From Octopus sinensis (Eukaryota): a DNA stretch of 64,000 nt. The stretch is from contig NC_043001.1 in assembly GCF_006345805.1 (NCBI RefSeq), positions 58,218,001 through 58,282,000 on the forward strand, read 5' to 3'. The notes beneath the pieces were generated by a model. It saw nothing but the letters and a program-made list of their open reading frames with translations. It had not been told where the DNA came from and made no database searches. This document shows, piece after piece, positions 63,931 through 64,000 of this stretch (position 1 is its first letter; each line of letters starts with the position of its first letter). The position numbers and the translations under genes are program-made.

Positions 63931-64000
63931 CAGTAAAGTATAAAATCTATAAAACACCTGACACCCACAAACGCAGAATCTGTTCAAAGGAACACCGCCG

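Overview
AT-rich eukaryotic genomic DNA, dense in microsatellites. It is most likely from an octopus or other coleoid cephalopod; this is inferred from SINE families I recall from Octopus genomes and was not checked against a database. I could not identify an intact host protein-coding gene, a tRNA/rRNA gene or a CRISPR array, and only weak isolated exon candidates exist. Almost all ORFs in the supplied track are microsatellite artefacts or fragments of decayed transposable elements. Elements recognised from protein motifs or termini: two mariner elements, two Tc1-like elements, a Tigger-type MITE, a Chapaev3-like transposon containing a fold-back duplication, a Helitron, a Gypsy LTR element, a Tx1/L1-type RT fragment, three R4/Dong-clade fragments, several Penelope-like remnants (one with a hammerhead-like core) and at least four tRNA-derived SINE families. 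The most notable observation is a cluster (30.1-41.0 kb) of three divergent retroposons carrying only a gag-like ORF1 with a CCHC knuckle. Two of them are about 2 kb long, end in AATAAA plus a GAA-rich tail and are flanked by target-site duplications, which resembles the mammalian 'half-L1' (HAL1) design. All translations, alignments and identity figures were done by eye and need computational confirmation.
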